A stretch of 64,000 nt of DNA from Camelus ferus (Eukaryota), in the NCBI RefSeq assembly GCF_009834535.1, contig NC_045697.1, positions 59,088,001-59,152,000 on the forward strand. The letters run 5' to 3'. The stretch's first letter is position 1, and each line of letters begins with the position of its first letter. Shown here piece by piece: positions 38,121-51,330 of this stretch. The translations under genes and the position numbers were made by a program. The notes under the pieces were generated by a model. The model did not search any database, had not been told where the DNA came from, and saw only the letters and a program-made list of their open reading frames with translations.

Positions 38121-38649
38121 TAAATTCTAAAATGCATATACTCCTTAATGTTAAAACATTGAAATTAAGAATGTGTTTATGAAGTATGATGAGGATAGTC
38201 TACAAAAATGAAATCATCATATATATTCTATTTACCCAACAAATAAGAGCGCATTCCTAAACAGTTTAGGGAAAACTGTTAGCCAACAGCCCTCAGGCAA
38301 TGATAACTTGTGTACTGGGAATTCCTATGTATTTTCTGCACTGCTAGTTCTCATGAAAAATGTAGGCAACTTTTTCACTGGAAAGGTCCTCACTGATAAA
38401 CCCAGGCCCTAGTTTTTCTTGAGATTTCAGTCATTGATCCTAATTTTATGCTTATATATACAGAAGAGATTTAGTTCTTAAAATAATGCAAATGTCCTTT
38501 GATTCAAATATAAATCAATGTATGAAATAATAGAAAAAAGAAAGGAAAATTGCAGATGCACTCAAATAGCTATTCACAGGCTTCCTTGTGGCAATCAACA
38601 ATCCTCCATGTTTAAAAAACATTGAAGCACAATTTCATCGGTCTGGAAG

Positions 38650-38880
38650 ACATTTATTCACCTCATTGAACAGTTACTGAACACCAACTACATGCGGGTC
38701 CTCTGCAGGAACTGGAAGCACAGCAGTGCAACATGACAGACACGGTCCCCATCCTCACTGAGGTTACAACTGTGCAAAGCCCCAGATGTTAAACAGATAA
38801 CCAAGCAAATAAAACTGTGACTCAGTGTTGCCCAGGATAAAAAGGAGTTAGGTGAAAGAGGTGAACGAGGAGCTTCATGA
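38650..38880 (-). mobile_element. L2 3' end
   Basis: catttattcacctcattgaacagttactgaacaccaactacatg...agacacggtccccatcctcactgaggttacaact. Confidence 0.75.
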
Positions 38881-39246
38881 CCAAATATATTCTGATAACC
38901 CAAATCAAGCCACACGCAACTGCAAATTTAGTTATTTTTAATGTTTACATGTAAATATAATGAAACACAAGACATATTTCTCTCAAATAGTATATTGCTA
39001 GCAAAATATAGAATTCAAACTATACTAAGAAGGAATGACATACCTGAATGTATTTTTGTGCTCACGAGTAAAAAAAAGTTACATTATTATGTAACCAAGC
39101 AATAGATAATGGTGATGTTTACTAAAATCTCAGAAAGATTCTGGTTAAAAGTGGACAATGGAAGACAGGTCATTTCCAATTCAAATATAAGTAACTAACA
39201 TATTTTATAAAAACCAAATATAGAAAGCACAATTTAAAAAATTCTT

Positions 39247-39352
39247 AAAAATATGAAAAGGAATATATGTATGTATATGCATGACTGGGGCACTGTGCTG
39301 TACATCAGAAATTGACATATTATAACTGACGGTACTTCAATTAAAAAAAAAA
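39247..39352 (+). mobile_element. Very short L1 3' tip (camelid-type)
   Basis: aatatgaaaaggaatatatgtatgtatatgcatgactgggg...tgctgtacatcagaaattgaca...taactgac...cttcaattaaaaaaaaa. Confidence 0.8.
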
Positions 39353-41551
39353 GATGCATTCATAAAAAAAATTTCTTTACAATACCCATCCTAAAAATAA
39401 GAAAAGTAATTTCCTTAAAAAGCATTTCCAAGTCACTTACAGATTAATCTGCCTAAAATGGGTATTGACGAAAGTAGTTTCAGTATATTGATGCCTTATT
39501 CAAGAATCTACATGGTATTTCTTGATGAGGTATTACCAATTTCTTGACGAGGTAAAAAATCCTATGCCTGTCACTGAAGATCTTCTGGAATCTATCCTGA
39601 ACCACATAACCGCTTCTGAAACTTCTACCCTAAACATTTATGAAAACTATCATAATGTCTTTGTCATCTTTATTGAATGGTCCTTCTACTTATTCATCTC
39701 ATCACTGTATTGGTTCTATCCTTTAAGGCCCAACATGTGCTATGTTTGTTCCATTAATTAATTTATCAGATTATGTCTAGAAATTATCAAAGATTTATAC
39801 TTTCAGTATAAATCTCACCACATTTCGTATGAATATACGTGTATAAAGTTTTTTAATCTAAAATAATTATCATAACAGAACACAATTCAATAATTTAAAT
39901 AAAATAATGGATGAAAGACCAAACAGTAAATGCTCAGTAAGTATTATATATTATGCAGATACAACAGCCACTAAAATCGTAACCACCATTAGCTTCAACA
40001 AAATCTTTCACCAATTCATTCAACAAATAATTATCAAAGATGTACTATTCAGAAAATTGTAATGAACAAGATAAATTTATCTCTCATGAAACCTTAAACA
40101 CTAAACAAGTAAATGCATGAAAAAAAAAGTACATCCTTTGGCAAGTATCGAGAAAGAAATGAGCGGTTACGAAGAACCTGCCGGTAGCTCATGAGTATAT
40201 CACCATCAAAATATCTGTATAGAGCTCTGTATACCCATGAACTTCCCTAAAATGTGCCATTAGTAAATGTAGAAAGCTATCACCTACTCAACTACATTTT
40301 ATTTCAGCATTAAAAGAGTAAGAAAACAATGACAAAGACCTTTACATCTATTTTATATACATTAAAGTAAGCTCTGCTTTGCTCTCCTTTACTCAAACAA
40401 TGAACTTTTCTTCATACTGCGCTTGCAAAGCAAAGGTCTTGTGGAGACAGGCAGAAAAGGAGCTCTTCTGAGATCAGTTTGGAAAACACCCCAGTGAGTC
40501 AGATCTGAAAACTGAAGTGGTTGCCAAGTAATCAACCGCGTTATTATCTTGATACTCCACTAAATACACACTCGCATATTTCAGTTTATGAACTTTATGA
40601 ACTTGCAGCAGCCAGTTCTTTCTCAAGAATGCCTTTCTCAACTGTTTCTTAAGTCTAAAGTAACAACTGTCCTACTTCAATGTCATATTTAGTTTTACCT
40701 ATTTTCAGTGGAAGTGACACTCTAAAAGAAAATCCTATTCTCTTCATGTTAAAATTTCATTACATTCAAGTACCACTTAAACCCTCTCAAAAAAATAAAG
40801 CATTATATCTTGTAGCTTCTTCTCTCTCTCTCTTTTTTTTTTTTTTTTCTAGACATCTACTTTGACTCATTTGTTATTCTCCCCCTGTGTTTGTATTTAA
40901 GTGGGCACGCAGCAAACAGTCGGGATGGAGATTTAGACTGTCAATTATTCTGCTCACTCAGAGTCTGTGTTCTATTTGATGTCTCCTGGGAGAGCGTAAC
41001 ATCCATAGTAACAGATGTACAAGCACTTACTTTAGGGCTGTTCTAAATGCCATCGCTAGTTTTAAAAAAACTCTACCTAGGACCCTACCAATTCAGGCAC
41101 TAGGAATTAGCAATAATTTCCTCTTTAAATACCAGTGGCTAAAGTCTCACTACACTGAAATTCGATATACATTAAGGAGTCAACCACAAGGTTAGCATTC
41201 CATATAAAATATCACCCTGTCCTCTACCTTCAACCTAAAAATGTAGTCCACATTGTATATGTGGCCAAACGGACTTGAATTTATATGTCATCATTCACAC
41301 TTTGATTTTTTTTCCCTATCTTTTGTTGCAGAAACCATTAAAAAAAAAAAAAAAAAACAGCCCCTGCTCAGCAGGAGTTCTGGAGAGGACACCTCCGCCG
41401 ATCTGTCAAATTCCTAAATGAACACGAGCTGAATGGACACAATGGACAGGGCTGTCTGGAGAGGAGGCGGAGGCACACACGATGCTCACAAAACAGTGTG
41501 AAATGCAAACCTATCTGGAAAAAGAAGATATATTTATTTAAAGGGGGTTTA

Positions 41552-41741
41552 ACAACAGCAGGGACCTACTGTATAGCACAGGGAACTATATTCAATTTCT
41601 TGGAACAACATATAATGGAAAATAATCTGAAAAAATATATATACCTATGTATGTATATGTATAACTGAATCGCTTTGCTGTATACCTGAAACTAACATTG
41701 TAAATCAACTACAGTTCAATAAAAAATAAAATTAAAAAAAA
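41552..41741 (+). mobile_element. 5'-truncated L1 3' end
   Basis: gacctactgtatagcacagggaactatattcaat...ataactgaatcgctttgctgtatacctgaaactaacattgtaaatcaactacagttcaataaaaaa. 13-bp TSD with one mismatch: taaagggggttta (41539-41551) and taaagagggttta (41742-41754). Confidence 0.92.
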
Positions 41742-41879
41742 TAAAGAGGGTTTAGTTACCCTACAGGTGTTTAATAATTATCTTCTTTGCCAAGCTTAAC
41801 TAAGCTAAATCTTTTTTCTGTATTTTTAAAAATATAGGTCATAATGAGTTTTACTTAATATACATGGTATGTTTTTAAA

Positions 41880-42100
41880 AACAGTAACAGTTACTTGTCA
41901 TTTAACGTACACTACATGCTTTATGTAAAATGCCGGTTTCAATCTTCACAGCAATTCTATTACAATCTTCATGTTACAGTTGAGGACACTGAGAATTGAA
42001 CTGTCAAGTGATATGCCCTAGGAAGTGGCATAGCAGGGATTTGAATCTAAGTTTGCCTGAACCCAAACTCCAATCCTTCACCCCTTCACTCTACTGTCTG
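41880..42100 (-). mobile_element. MIR SINE
   Basis: aatcttcacagcaattct...ttacagttgaggacactgaga...aagtggcatagcagggatttgaatctaagtttgcctga. Confidence 0.75.
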
Positions 42101-45100
42101 TAACTAGGACTCATCAATTTTAAGCTGATTCTAAAGACCGCTTTTGAAATAGAGTGAGTGCTACTGAAATGGTCAGTCTGGAAACCAAGACTTTGGACTA
42201 TTTCAGATAACTACATATTGTGTGTATACACACACACACACACACAAATAAGAATTTAAACTTTCACAAAATAATGTTTAAGTTTCCTTGTAAAAGTTTA
42301 GGGAAACCTTGAAAATAGAATCATACATATATACAGATAGTCTAAAAGAACTGAAGAATAGATATTTTCTCTCAAGTGAATCCTCAATTTGTTAAAATGT
42401 TTTTAGTACCACAGTGATTAAGTATTTCAATAATTATTAACCTCTCCCATAAAGAAGATCTAAAGAGGCAATGAAAAGTCGACACAGTAGCTCTACCGCT
42501 TTAGCACTTAGTTTGTGCTCTTGTACTATAAGAACAAATGCTAATTACTGTTCAGCCCTAATGCTAATCTCAGCATCTGCTAATTAAAAGATCACATCTT
42601 CTGCAAAGTCAGCATTACCATTCAAATGAAAACATTAATCAGCTTGAAAAATTCAAAATCAATCAGCTAAAAAGAGAAAGCTGTCAGCCTCCAATGAACT
42701 GACACCAGCACAATCTCAGAAGTGCAAAAGAGCTAGTGTCAAAGTATGTGCCTCAGATCCACATTGTTACAAAAGGTATTCCGAAATGTTTTTATTGTGT
42801 TTCCGCATTTCATCCTGACCATTCACTTGCATATTGTTTTCATATGCAATATCACAATATCATCTGGCTTTTAAGAACTTGTTTAACATTTAATGCACTA
42901 GAGATGTGATTACTGACCAATTTTTAAAAATAGATGTTGCAGTTTTCAAAAAGCTAATGCAAGTTAGTGAAGTATTTCCAGAACACTAATAACTGCAGAA
43001 AAGCTCAGCTGCATTAATTATTATCTTACAGCTTTTTTTTTTTTTGCTTTCTTAAAGCTAACGGTTAGGTCTATCTTTCATGATCTCTATCAATATTCAG
43101 AACATCTAAAATGCAGACAGGGTTACACTTCAGGTCAAAGAAAAAAACGGCATTTCTCAGCTTCACTCATGGAGTTGTCATAGACAAAAAACTCTAGGAT
43201 TTTGTTATTGGTGATCTCTGCCGTCTCATTTTGTGTTTCTCCCTGTGTCAAAGAATAGAGCGGCTAACGGACTAACTGAGAGTCTAATACCTCTGTCCCT
43301 CCTTCCCCCAGTGGAGGAAAATGCAGCTAACCCAGAACTGATGGCCAAAACATACTCAAACGTTCAGCAGAAACCTATCCACGAAACTAAAAAGTATGAC
43401 ATATGTATAGGTAAGAGATAGTAAAATACATAAAACACATTATATAAAGCTTTCAATCTCTTAAATCTGAAAAGTTTAAGGTACCTAAAATTTCCAGCAG
43501 CCCAAATGAATGTATACTTGGAAAATGTGAAGAGTCCTAACATTTTCAGAATGTATTGTTCATGCATTCACAAACAACAACAACAACAACACGTTAAGGA
43601 AAATAAACAAGTGATTCCTTACTAGTCAGCAACAATCATGAAGTAAAATATAAAACCATAAACTCAGATGGAATACAACTACAGATGAATAAATACATTT
43701 CTTTTCATTTTGAAAACAAATGAGTGAAGAATTATATGTAAATTCACACATGGAGCAAAAGATTTTAATGTAGTAAAATCTGAACCAGAAAGTCAAGTTC
43801 ATAGCCTTGTTTGTGTAAAAGGACAGGAAGAATGCCGGCCTAGACAGATTTACAGTAATGATTTCACTGTGCAGACAAAAGAGTTTTGATACATACCCCA
43901 CTGAGGAAACTTAGTTCTAATTCACTTTATTGAATTATGAAATAAATAATATTTTTCCAAAACAACTTCATGTGACAATTGTAATTCAGAGGAATTATTA
44001 CTAGAATTTATCACGGTTTTCTTAAACTTAATAAGACAGACTGCAGAAACCTATATATCTTACACTGACCTCCACTCACAGAGGCTAAAAATCACTAAAA
44101 ATAGTTTGTTATCATATTATTGATGCATGCTCGCAAAAATTTATTTTATATGTATAATCCCTAGAAAGCTTTATTAGAATAATATTCATATGTAATAAAG
44201 ACTGTCTTCATATAATACCAAAGAATAAACAAGAAGAGTTTCAATGGTATAAATTTTGTACCTCCATGGTGCACAGGGTAGAAGAATGACTGATGGGGCC
44301 AGGAAAAAGCTGCAAGGTGTCTCCTCACTGCCACATTGCAGAGAGGAGGAGTCACTCTCACATGCTTAGATACACTGATGAAAGCTGCACATTTAGGGGA
44401 AAAAAGGCTTCTCAAGAGCAGATTTCACTATACCCAAGCCCACAGAGACTGATACACATAAACAGAATGTCAACTTACTAATTTACAAGAAGAAATGACC
44501 TTCACTGGGACCCAGGTATCAGAGGTCTCTCATCCATCAGTCCCCAAAGGCAGACTTCAGGGCAAGTCAAACAAACAAGAAATTAGAACAAGAGGCATCA
44601 GTTGATTCAAGTATTTAAAGACCTCCACAGGTGGTCAAGTTATCCAGCTCAGCAAAGTGATGGTCTCACCAATGAGCAAAGAATCCCTTTTCTATATATT
44701 CACAGTTACCCAGCTCTTCTCCTGAGTGACGCACTACTTCACCAGATCTAGTCATACTTCAACTCAGTCCTAGCAAAGAGCTTCAGGCCAGGGAGCAATT
44801 CAGTCACTTTGAGATGGTTTTACACACCTATGTTTTATCCATTCTGTGCTTCTCACCATTTGAGGAATCTTTATGTCCCTTCTGTCTCTATTTCATAAGC
44901 AACAGTTTGGTCCACAAACTCTAGCACGCTGCACTATCATTCTGAACTACAAGTATTATATTTGTAAAGCTTTATACAATCAGTGACATCACCAGAAAAG
45001 ATGTGGTAATTAAAAAAGTTAGCCAAATCATAAGCTTAAACTTGGCAAATTAAGAATTACAGATCAACCAGCTCAACCCTTCTTATATTATCATAAATGT

Positions 45101-45349
45101 AGGGTAAAGTAAACACAGTGCAGTTCAGTACTTTCATTTACTACGTATCTGCTAGTGCAAACTCTAGGTCAGCAAGGCACATTTTGGGAGTGAGGATTTG
45201 GTGGCTGAGTGGCCCTAACATCTACTGAGTGCCTTTTACCACTAGGCATTTAACTAGACAAATGAGCACATACTTTCTCAATAATTCCTTACAGCCTTAA
45301 AGTATGTATTTTTATCTCTACGTGCAGAAGAACAAACCAAGGCTCTCCT

Positions 45350-46500
45350 TCCATGTCTTCTGGGACCTCGCTCTGTTAAGTTCTGCTTTTACTCAGATCT
45401 TCTTTCCTGAGTGACTTGTACCATTCAGCATCACATTCCAGCCTCCCTTATCTCCAAAGTGCAAGTGAGCGGAGCAGCAAACACATAAAAACCAACCCTC
45501 ACAGCTGTCTACAATTCTACTTTGGAGGCTGCCAAAGCTTTCTCTTCTTCTTTCCAATAAATGGGGAAATAATTTACACGTGCTGTCTGTTCTTATTCAC
45601 CCCCTCATTCAATCACCAACCCCCCGCAATCATCTTTCAGCCATCAGCACCCTTCAGTAACACTGCGCTGGAAAAGTCACTAATTACATTGAAATAAGAA
45701 CTTCTGAAACACTGTCTTTGGTTCCATTTTTAAACTAAAGTGTTTCTCCTCCAAGCTCTTTGACCATTCCTTCTTATTTCCCTTTTCTAGTTTTGATCCT
45801 TCAATGTTAGAGTTCCCCACGAACTTATCCTTGGCTATATCCTACGCCTGCACTTTATGACTCTTCCTAGTAATTTAATTCATAACCTTGGCCTCAACCT
45901 CTGCACAAAGATGCCAAAATCTAAATCTCTAGCCCAAATCCCACCTGTAGCTCCAGAAATCTATATCCAGCCCATACCCATGTAGAAAGGAAACAAATGT
46001 CCTACAGTGAATGCAATCTTTCCCAACAAAATTTTTTCATGGTCTTCTAAGACCATAAAATGACACCACAATCCTCTCTACCTCCCAGGAAAGCAACATG
46101 TAAATAAACCTAGATTCATTCTCCTTTACTATCCATCTTTGATTTAGTCTTTACTCCTAAATGTTTTACTTCCTTAGAACTTCTTATACCAGTACACTTC
46201 TCACCATCCCCATGGCTACTGCCTGGTTAGGTCCTTAACACCTTTCCCAGAGGCATCTCTAAACCAGCCTCCCTCACAGAACTACATATCCTCGCTTCCT
46301 CCACCTGCTAACTGCACGAAAGTCCAAACTCCTTATCAGGGTGTCAACACCCAGCAGCTGGCTGACACCCACCTCTCTTGCTTTACTCATCAGAATTCCT
46401 GACTCCTCCTAAAAACCCCATCAGCACAACACCCATGCACACACACACACCCCCAAAATTTCCAAAAGCTCATCCTCTTTCTGCCACACCATTCAGCACA
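45350..46500 (+). mobile_element. Long degenerate L2 segment
   Basis: Extended C/T-rich L2-like sequence: ccaaaatctaaatctctagcccaaatc...gctccagaaatctatatcca...aaaatgacaccacaatcc...ttctcaccatccccatggctactgcc...aagtccaaactcctta. Confidence 0.65.
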
Positions 46501-47529
46501 ATATTCAGGTCAATGCCACATTGATCCAACATCAAATGCAGTCTCAGGAAACCAGTTTCAACTTCTCTGCTGACTGGCCTGATCCACAATATGTTTTAAA
46601 ACCAGAGCATGATTATTGACATTGCAGCATTCTCCTTGCAGTTAAGTGATAACAGATACAACTCGCACTTTGGCAGCTTAGATGTGCTAAACCACAACTG
46701 CCAAACCACAGCTTCTACCATAACGGGAATTTTGAAGGAAGTGTATTCTAATACTCTTCTCTGTCACAAGTTAAGAAGCTTTTCTACCCGCATCCTCCAG
46801 TATTAACAGGGCTCATACTTTACTACACTAGGACTTGTGAGTTACTTGGCAGTTAGAGCTCACCGTGGTGAAAAAATCCCTACCCTCATAAAATGTTGTT
46901 AATGTTACTTAGATTGGGAATACTGAATATGTGGGTGTACAGCTTAGAGTTATTGGCAAGCACTTCTGACATTTATAATGACTTCCAGTGTCAAGAAACA
47001 AGTTAAATTTGATGCTGAACCTGGAGGGCAGCCCCTGCACTCGCTCAGATTAACATTAACAGTCTTTCATAAGCAACTCCACACCAAAATTGATGCAAAT
47101 GTCATTAGAAATCCAGTAGCCATTTCACCAAACATATTTTAAGATATGATAAACTTACTATAAATATGAAAAAAGTGTAGTATTTCAAAAGGAAAAAAAA
47201 TCGTCTCTTCTCAAAGAGGCTGTTTCCATGGTGGGAGTAAGGAGAATGCCAAAATCCTTAACCTGAGCAAGCCATTTTATCTTTCATCCTCATCCTATCA
47301 ATACATTTTGCCTCACTCCTTATTAGTAACTGAAGTTTTCCCTAACAAGTGTCTTTGAAATCTACTTTTCACCTCTAGAGCAGGGTTCATAGGTATAGCT
47401 ATGGATTACATGTCACAATGTCTAAACAGTAGAGATAACAAATACACACTCCTTTCTTTATTCATTTCCTAACTTCCATACAATTAGAAATTGTATAGAA
47501 ATTTGGATTAAACTTCCTTATATGTTGTG

Positions 47530-47850
47530 ACATCCTTCAAGTCTTATTCAAATGTCACCTTCTCAATGAAGCCTACCCTATTTAATGTGACAACCTGCCT
47601 TCCATTCTCCTCAACCTTTCATTCTAATCTCCTTATCCTGCTCTGTCTTTTTTTCTACAGCACGTATCTTCCTAAAGGCAATGTAATTTACTCACTTTTT
47701 TAAGTTTATTATGCATTAGAAAACTCCCCTCTAGAAAAATTTTCAAGGACAAAAATCATTGTTGTTAATTTATGATCCCTAGTAACCAGACCAACGCCAA
47801 CGGTTTTTAACAGGTACTCAAATATGTAATTGTTGCATGCTGAATACACA
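47530..47850 (+). mobile_element. L2 (L2a-like) 3' end
   Basis: ccttcaagtcttattcaaatgtcaccttctcaatgaagcctaccct...caggtactcaaatatg...ttgttg...tgaat. Confidence 0.8.
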
Positions 47851-48919
47851 ATTTAAATTCACCTGTTTGTCTCATTAACTGGTTAATAAGCATTACACAA
47901 ATCTATGATGAATTCTAATTGCAACACTGGAACATTTCCATGGTCAGCACAGCAGGAACTAACCTCATTATATCTTCTCATGTATTGTCTGGACGACCCT
48001 CCAGAGTTCCCCAGCTCCAATCTAAAGAGCCTCCACCTCCCACAGCACAGAGAGCACGGCCACATGGGCTACTTGAGCCAGGAGACATAGTGGCTTTCAG
48101 GCTAACTTCATTACTGTTGTTCACAACTTCAACTTCTTGGTCTATAAAATGGAGGATCTGGATGGTAAATACAATATTTCATCCAGCTCAAAAAGTACAA
48201 GCATTGTATTATGTTAGCAGTAAAGCCTGGGAAGAACAGCTAACACATCTTGCAACTAAAGGGATGAAGGGAGGAAAAAATATAAAATGTGTATCTGTTA
48301 TAAAAGGGCTGAGAGCAATGGCCTTGAAAAGAAAGAAGGCAGAAGCTCAGGAAACTAAAATAAAGGAAAAGGAGATTAATTTAAAAAGGAAGAACTGTAG
48401 GGATTTAACTCACATCACTCCATACACTCAAAACTAAATAGATGACATGGTTCTAAGTGAAAAATGTGTACAGAAGCACTTAAATAAAACTCAAATAAAA
48501 GTAATTTTAATATGCTGAATACAAAATTTTATTATTATTATATTTGGTATTTTATATATTATATTTGATATTTACATTTTCACTGATGTATTAGAATAAA
48601 CTAGATGGCTTTTCTCATAATGGATTTTAGTACTAATTATAAAATAAAGAAATCTGTTTTAAAAGGCAGTAATAATAATTACTCGAGCACTTAATTCTGG
48701 AATAGAGCTACATTATAGAACTACTGAGACACCACCTCAACCCACATTCAAGCTTACACAAAGAACAAACTCACCATGACTGATGACAACCTCAGGTGGG
48801 TGGTGGTGCTGGGGGCAGTTCCACATACGACGTGGCCTCCTTTGGTCATAGTCTGGAGACTGCCCTGATGAAAGCTGAGGGCCTGCCTCTTCACACAGTA
48901 TTTTTAGTGTCTCTGCCTA

Positions 48920-49140
48920 TACTAATAACTGAGTATCTTAGAGCACATGTTCAAGGGTCAGGCACTGTTCTAAACATGTCTTCAGCCATTTAGTCCACAG
49001 AACAGCTCTGTGAGGCAGCCGCTATCGTTAGCCCACTTTCAAGATGAATAAACTTACTTTTCCAAAGTGACATCACTAGTAACTGGCAGAACTGGAATTC
49101 AGACCTAAGTGAACAGGCTCCAAAATCGACATTCTCTTTA
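48920..49140 (-). mobile_element. MIR SINE
   Basis: gtcaggcactgttctaaaca...catttagtccacagaacagctctgtgaggcag...cccactttcaagatga...actagtaactggcagaactggaattcagacc. Confidence 0.8.
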
Positions 49141-49184
49141 AATCCAGATAAGACTACATCAGAGTGTATAATCTAATATATATC

Positions 49185-49345
49185 ACAGTAATTGATCACC
49201 TACCCTGTAACAAGCCTGAGTCTGGTTTCTCCACACTTAATCCTCACACAGTCCCAGCTGGGAGTTGTCACCATCCTCTCCAAGGTTTTCAGATTAGGAA
49301 ACTGGGGCTCTGGGCGGTAAAGCACCTGCACAAATTCACACCTTG
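49185..49345 (-). mobile_element. MIR SINE
   Basis: cttaatcctcaca...ttttcagattaggaaactggggctctgggcggtaaagcacctgcacaa. Confidence 0.7.
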
Positions 49346-49519
49346 GAATTTTCCTCATCTATCTGCCTAGGAACGCTTCTCTCCTTATTCCGAGCTAATG
49401 GTCTCATTCTGGCATTGAAACAGCACAGCGCAGTCATAATTACTCCTCAGTGTTATACGCTCAAATATACTCCTACGCAGGCACTGTAAACTGCCATGCA
49501 GTATATGAGATTACGGATA

Positions 49520-49860
49520 CCTTTGATTAACTTACGCTTAGCATTTACCATGTGCCAGGCAGTGAGACAGCCCCAGAGGATAAAACAAAGAGCACACGTA
49601 AAGTTTGTGGGAAACAAAGCAGGTAGACAGTGACCAGAAGCGCTGAGAACTGCTGCAGCAAAGGGAGTGCAGTTGCTAAGGAAATTCAGGAAGGACGACC
49701 TTATCCAGATTCAGGGGAAGGGGAAGAGGGGGTGACTTCTAATCTGACACTAAATGACATGCCTGAAATTGCCAGGTGAAGAGGGAAGGATGGTGAGATG
49801 GAGGTAAAGTACAGTATTCCCAAAGAAAGGAAAGGACCAGGGCCTAATTCTGGGAGACGG
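49520..49860 (-). mobile_element. L2 fragment
   Basis: agcatttaccatgtgccaggcagtg...gattcaggggaagggg...gtgacttctaatctgacactaaatga...gtattcccaaagaaaggaa. Confidence 0.6.
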
Positions 49861-50844
49861 TTTGTTTTTGTGTTTTGTCCCCTCCCAACAACCTCCATAA
49901 AGTATTGCCCTGAGTGAATCACTAGTCAGCTGCTGGCCTCTTCCTGCTTCAAACCCTCTCTCCTGGAGTCACAGGATGTCTTCCGGCTTCAGTTTCTGCT
50001 CCACCCACCTGCCAGAGGAGACTACAGGCACAACAGCAGCTTCAGTCCACCCACTGGCATCGCACGTATCTCCTTTCATTGCAGCACAGGGTTCATCCGG
50101 CACGCCTGGTCCAGCCCTGCGCGCTGCTGAGGCTGTCTTCTCCTAGGGATCCTTCTAACAAGCCTCACTGTCCTGGGCCACTGCACCCAGCTGGGCTGCT
50201 GCGTCGGTTTCCTTGTCCACCGCAATGAATACCAGCGTGGACTGGCTGCCTGCAGGGGACAGAAGCCTGCCTGGCTGAGCCCAAGCCACACCACCCCATT
50301 CTTATCGGTGCTTTCCCGCAGGAGACAATTCACTTTTATATAAGACTAAAATCTTTGAGAGTGATCGACAAGCTTGATAAACCTCAAGATATTATTACGC
50401 ATATCAAGATACATTTCTAATAGGCACACAGTAAATATTTTGTTGAATGGGTAACTAAAGCTATGCTACTATAAAACTCATGTGACAGGTGGTTCAGATA
50501 AACAGTAAATATGTTATCTGTTGTAAACCTAACTGTGCAAATTAAAAAAAAACACACAATGGGAGTGAAAAGGTTTAAAAACATTGGGGAAAATATCTCA
50601 TTACACTTTCTTAACAACTTACGCAATTAAGCCCACATTACAAATTCAGAAATAAGAAGGGCTGCGATATTTGGAATATATGCAATTTTTGGAAGTTCTA
50701 CTAAGTACTGTTGCATTTAACCAAACTAGGACCAATCCTGATGATCTAAAAGAAATGCAATCCAATACAGTAACAATAAGGACAACAGCAGAATGGCTAC
50801 CAGACACGGAGGATTCACTGTGTGCCAAGAACTGTGCCGAGGGC

Positions 50845-51330
50845 TTCTGCAGACAGGACTAGTGGCCTATCATTCACTCCGCCTTTTCCAAAGTAACAGA
50901 AACTTCATATTGTTTGGAGTAAGAATGTGCTTTTTAAAAAATTACTTGATTCCCCTGAGGCCCTTGTAGCTAGGAGTGGCCCAGCAGCTCACCACTGATG
51001 AAAGACATACAGGCTGAGTGTTTTCTAGGGAGGTTTTCCTCTCCCAATCCTAGTTCCAACACTTTTGCACAACTTTCTCCTCCCTCCCATGGCTGACATG
51101 AACGCCTGGAATGTAAGGGGCTGAAAGGAAAGCATCCATGGTGGGCCCATGAGAGCCCAAAGGACATAAGAGCAACATGACCGGGCTATAAAGCAGTAGC
51201 AGTTTCAGGTCTGACTGTCATCACCAACCTGCTGCACTAGTTTGGGACTACTCCCCTTTGGAATGATTTTTGCACCAAGAAAGAAGACAAAGCTGTATTT
51301 GGTTAAATCTCTTTATGCATATTTGTCTTC
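50845..51330 (+). mobile_element. MaLR LTR (MLT1J/K-like)
   Basis: agtaacagaaac...gaatgtgc...cccttgtagctaggagtggcc...gcctggaatgtaag...gctgtatttggttaaatc. Confidence 0.6.

Noticed and set aside
41358..41475. Interleaved short repeats (tctggagagga twice; cctccgcc/ggcggagg) suggesting a structured RNA
   Set aside because: The matches are only 8-11 bp, one arm pair is imperfect, and no RNA family motif is evident. Compatible with chance.
47919..48437. 172-aa ORF
   Set aside because: It runs through a MIR-like fragment (about 48085-48195) and A-rich low-complexity sequence, with no domain signal.
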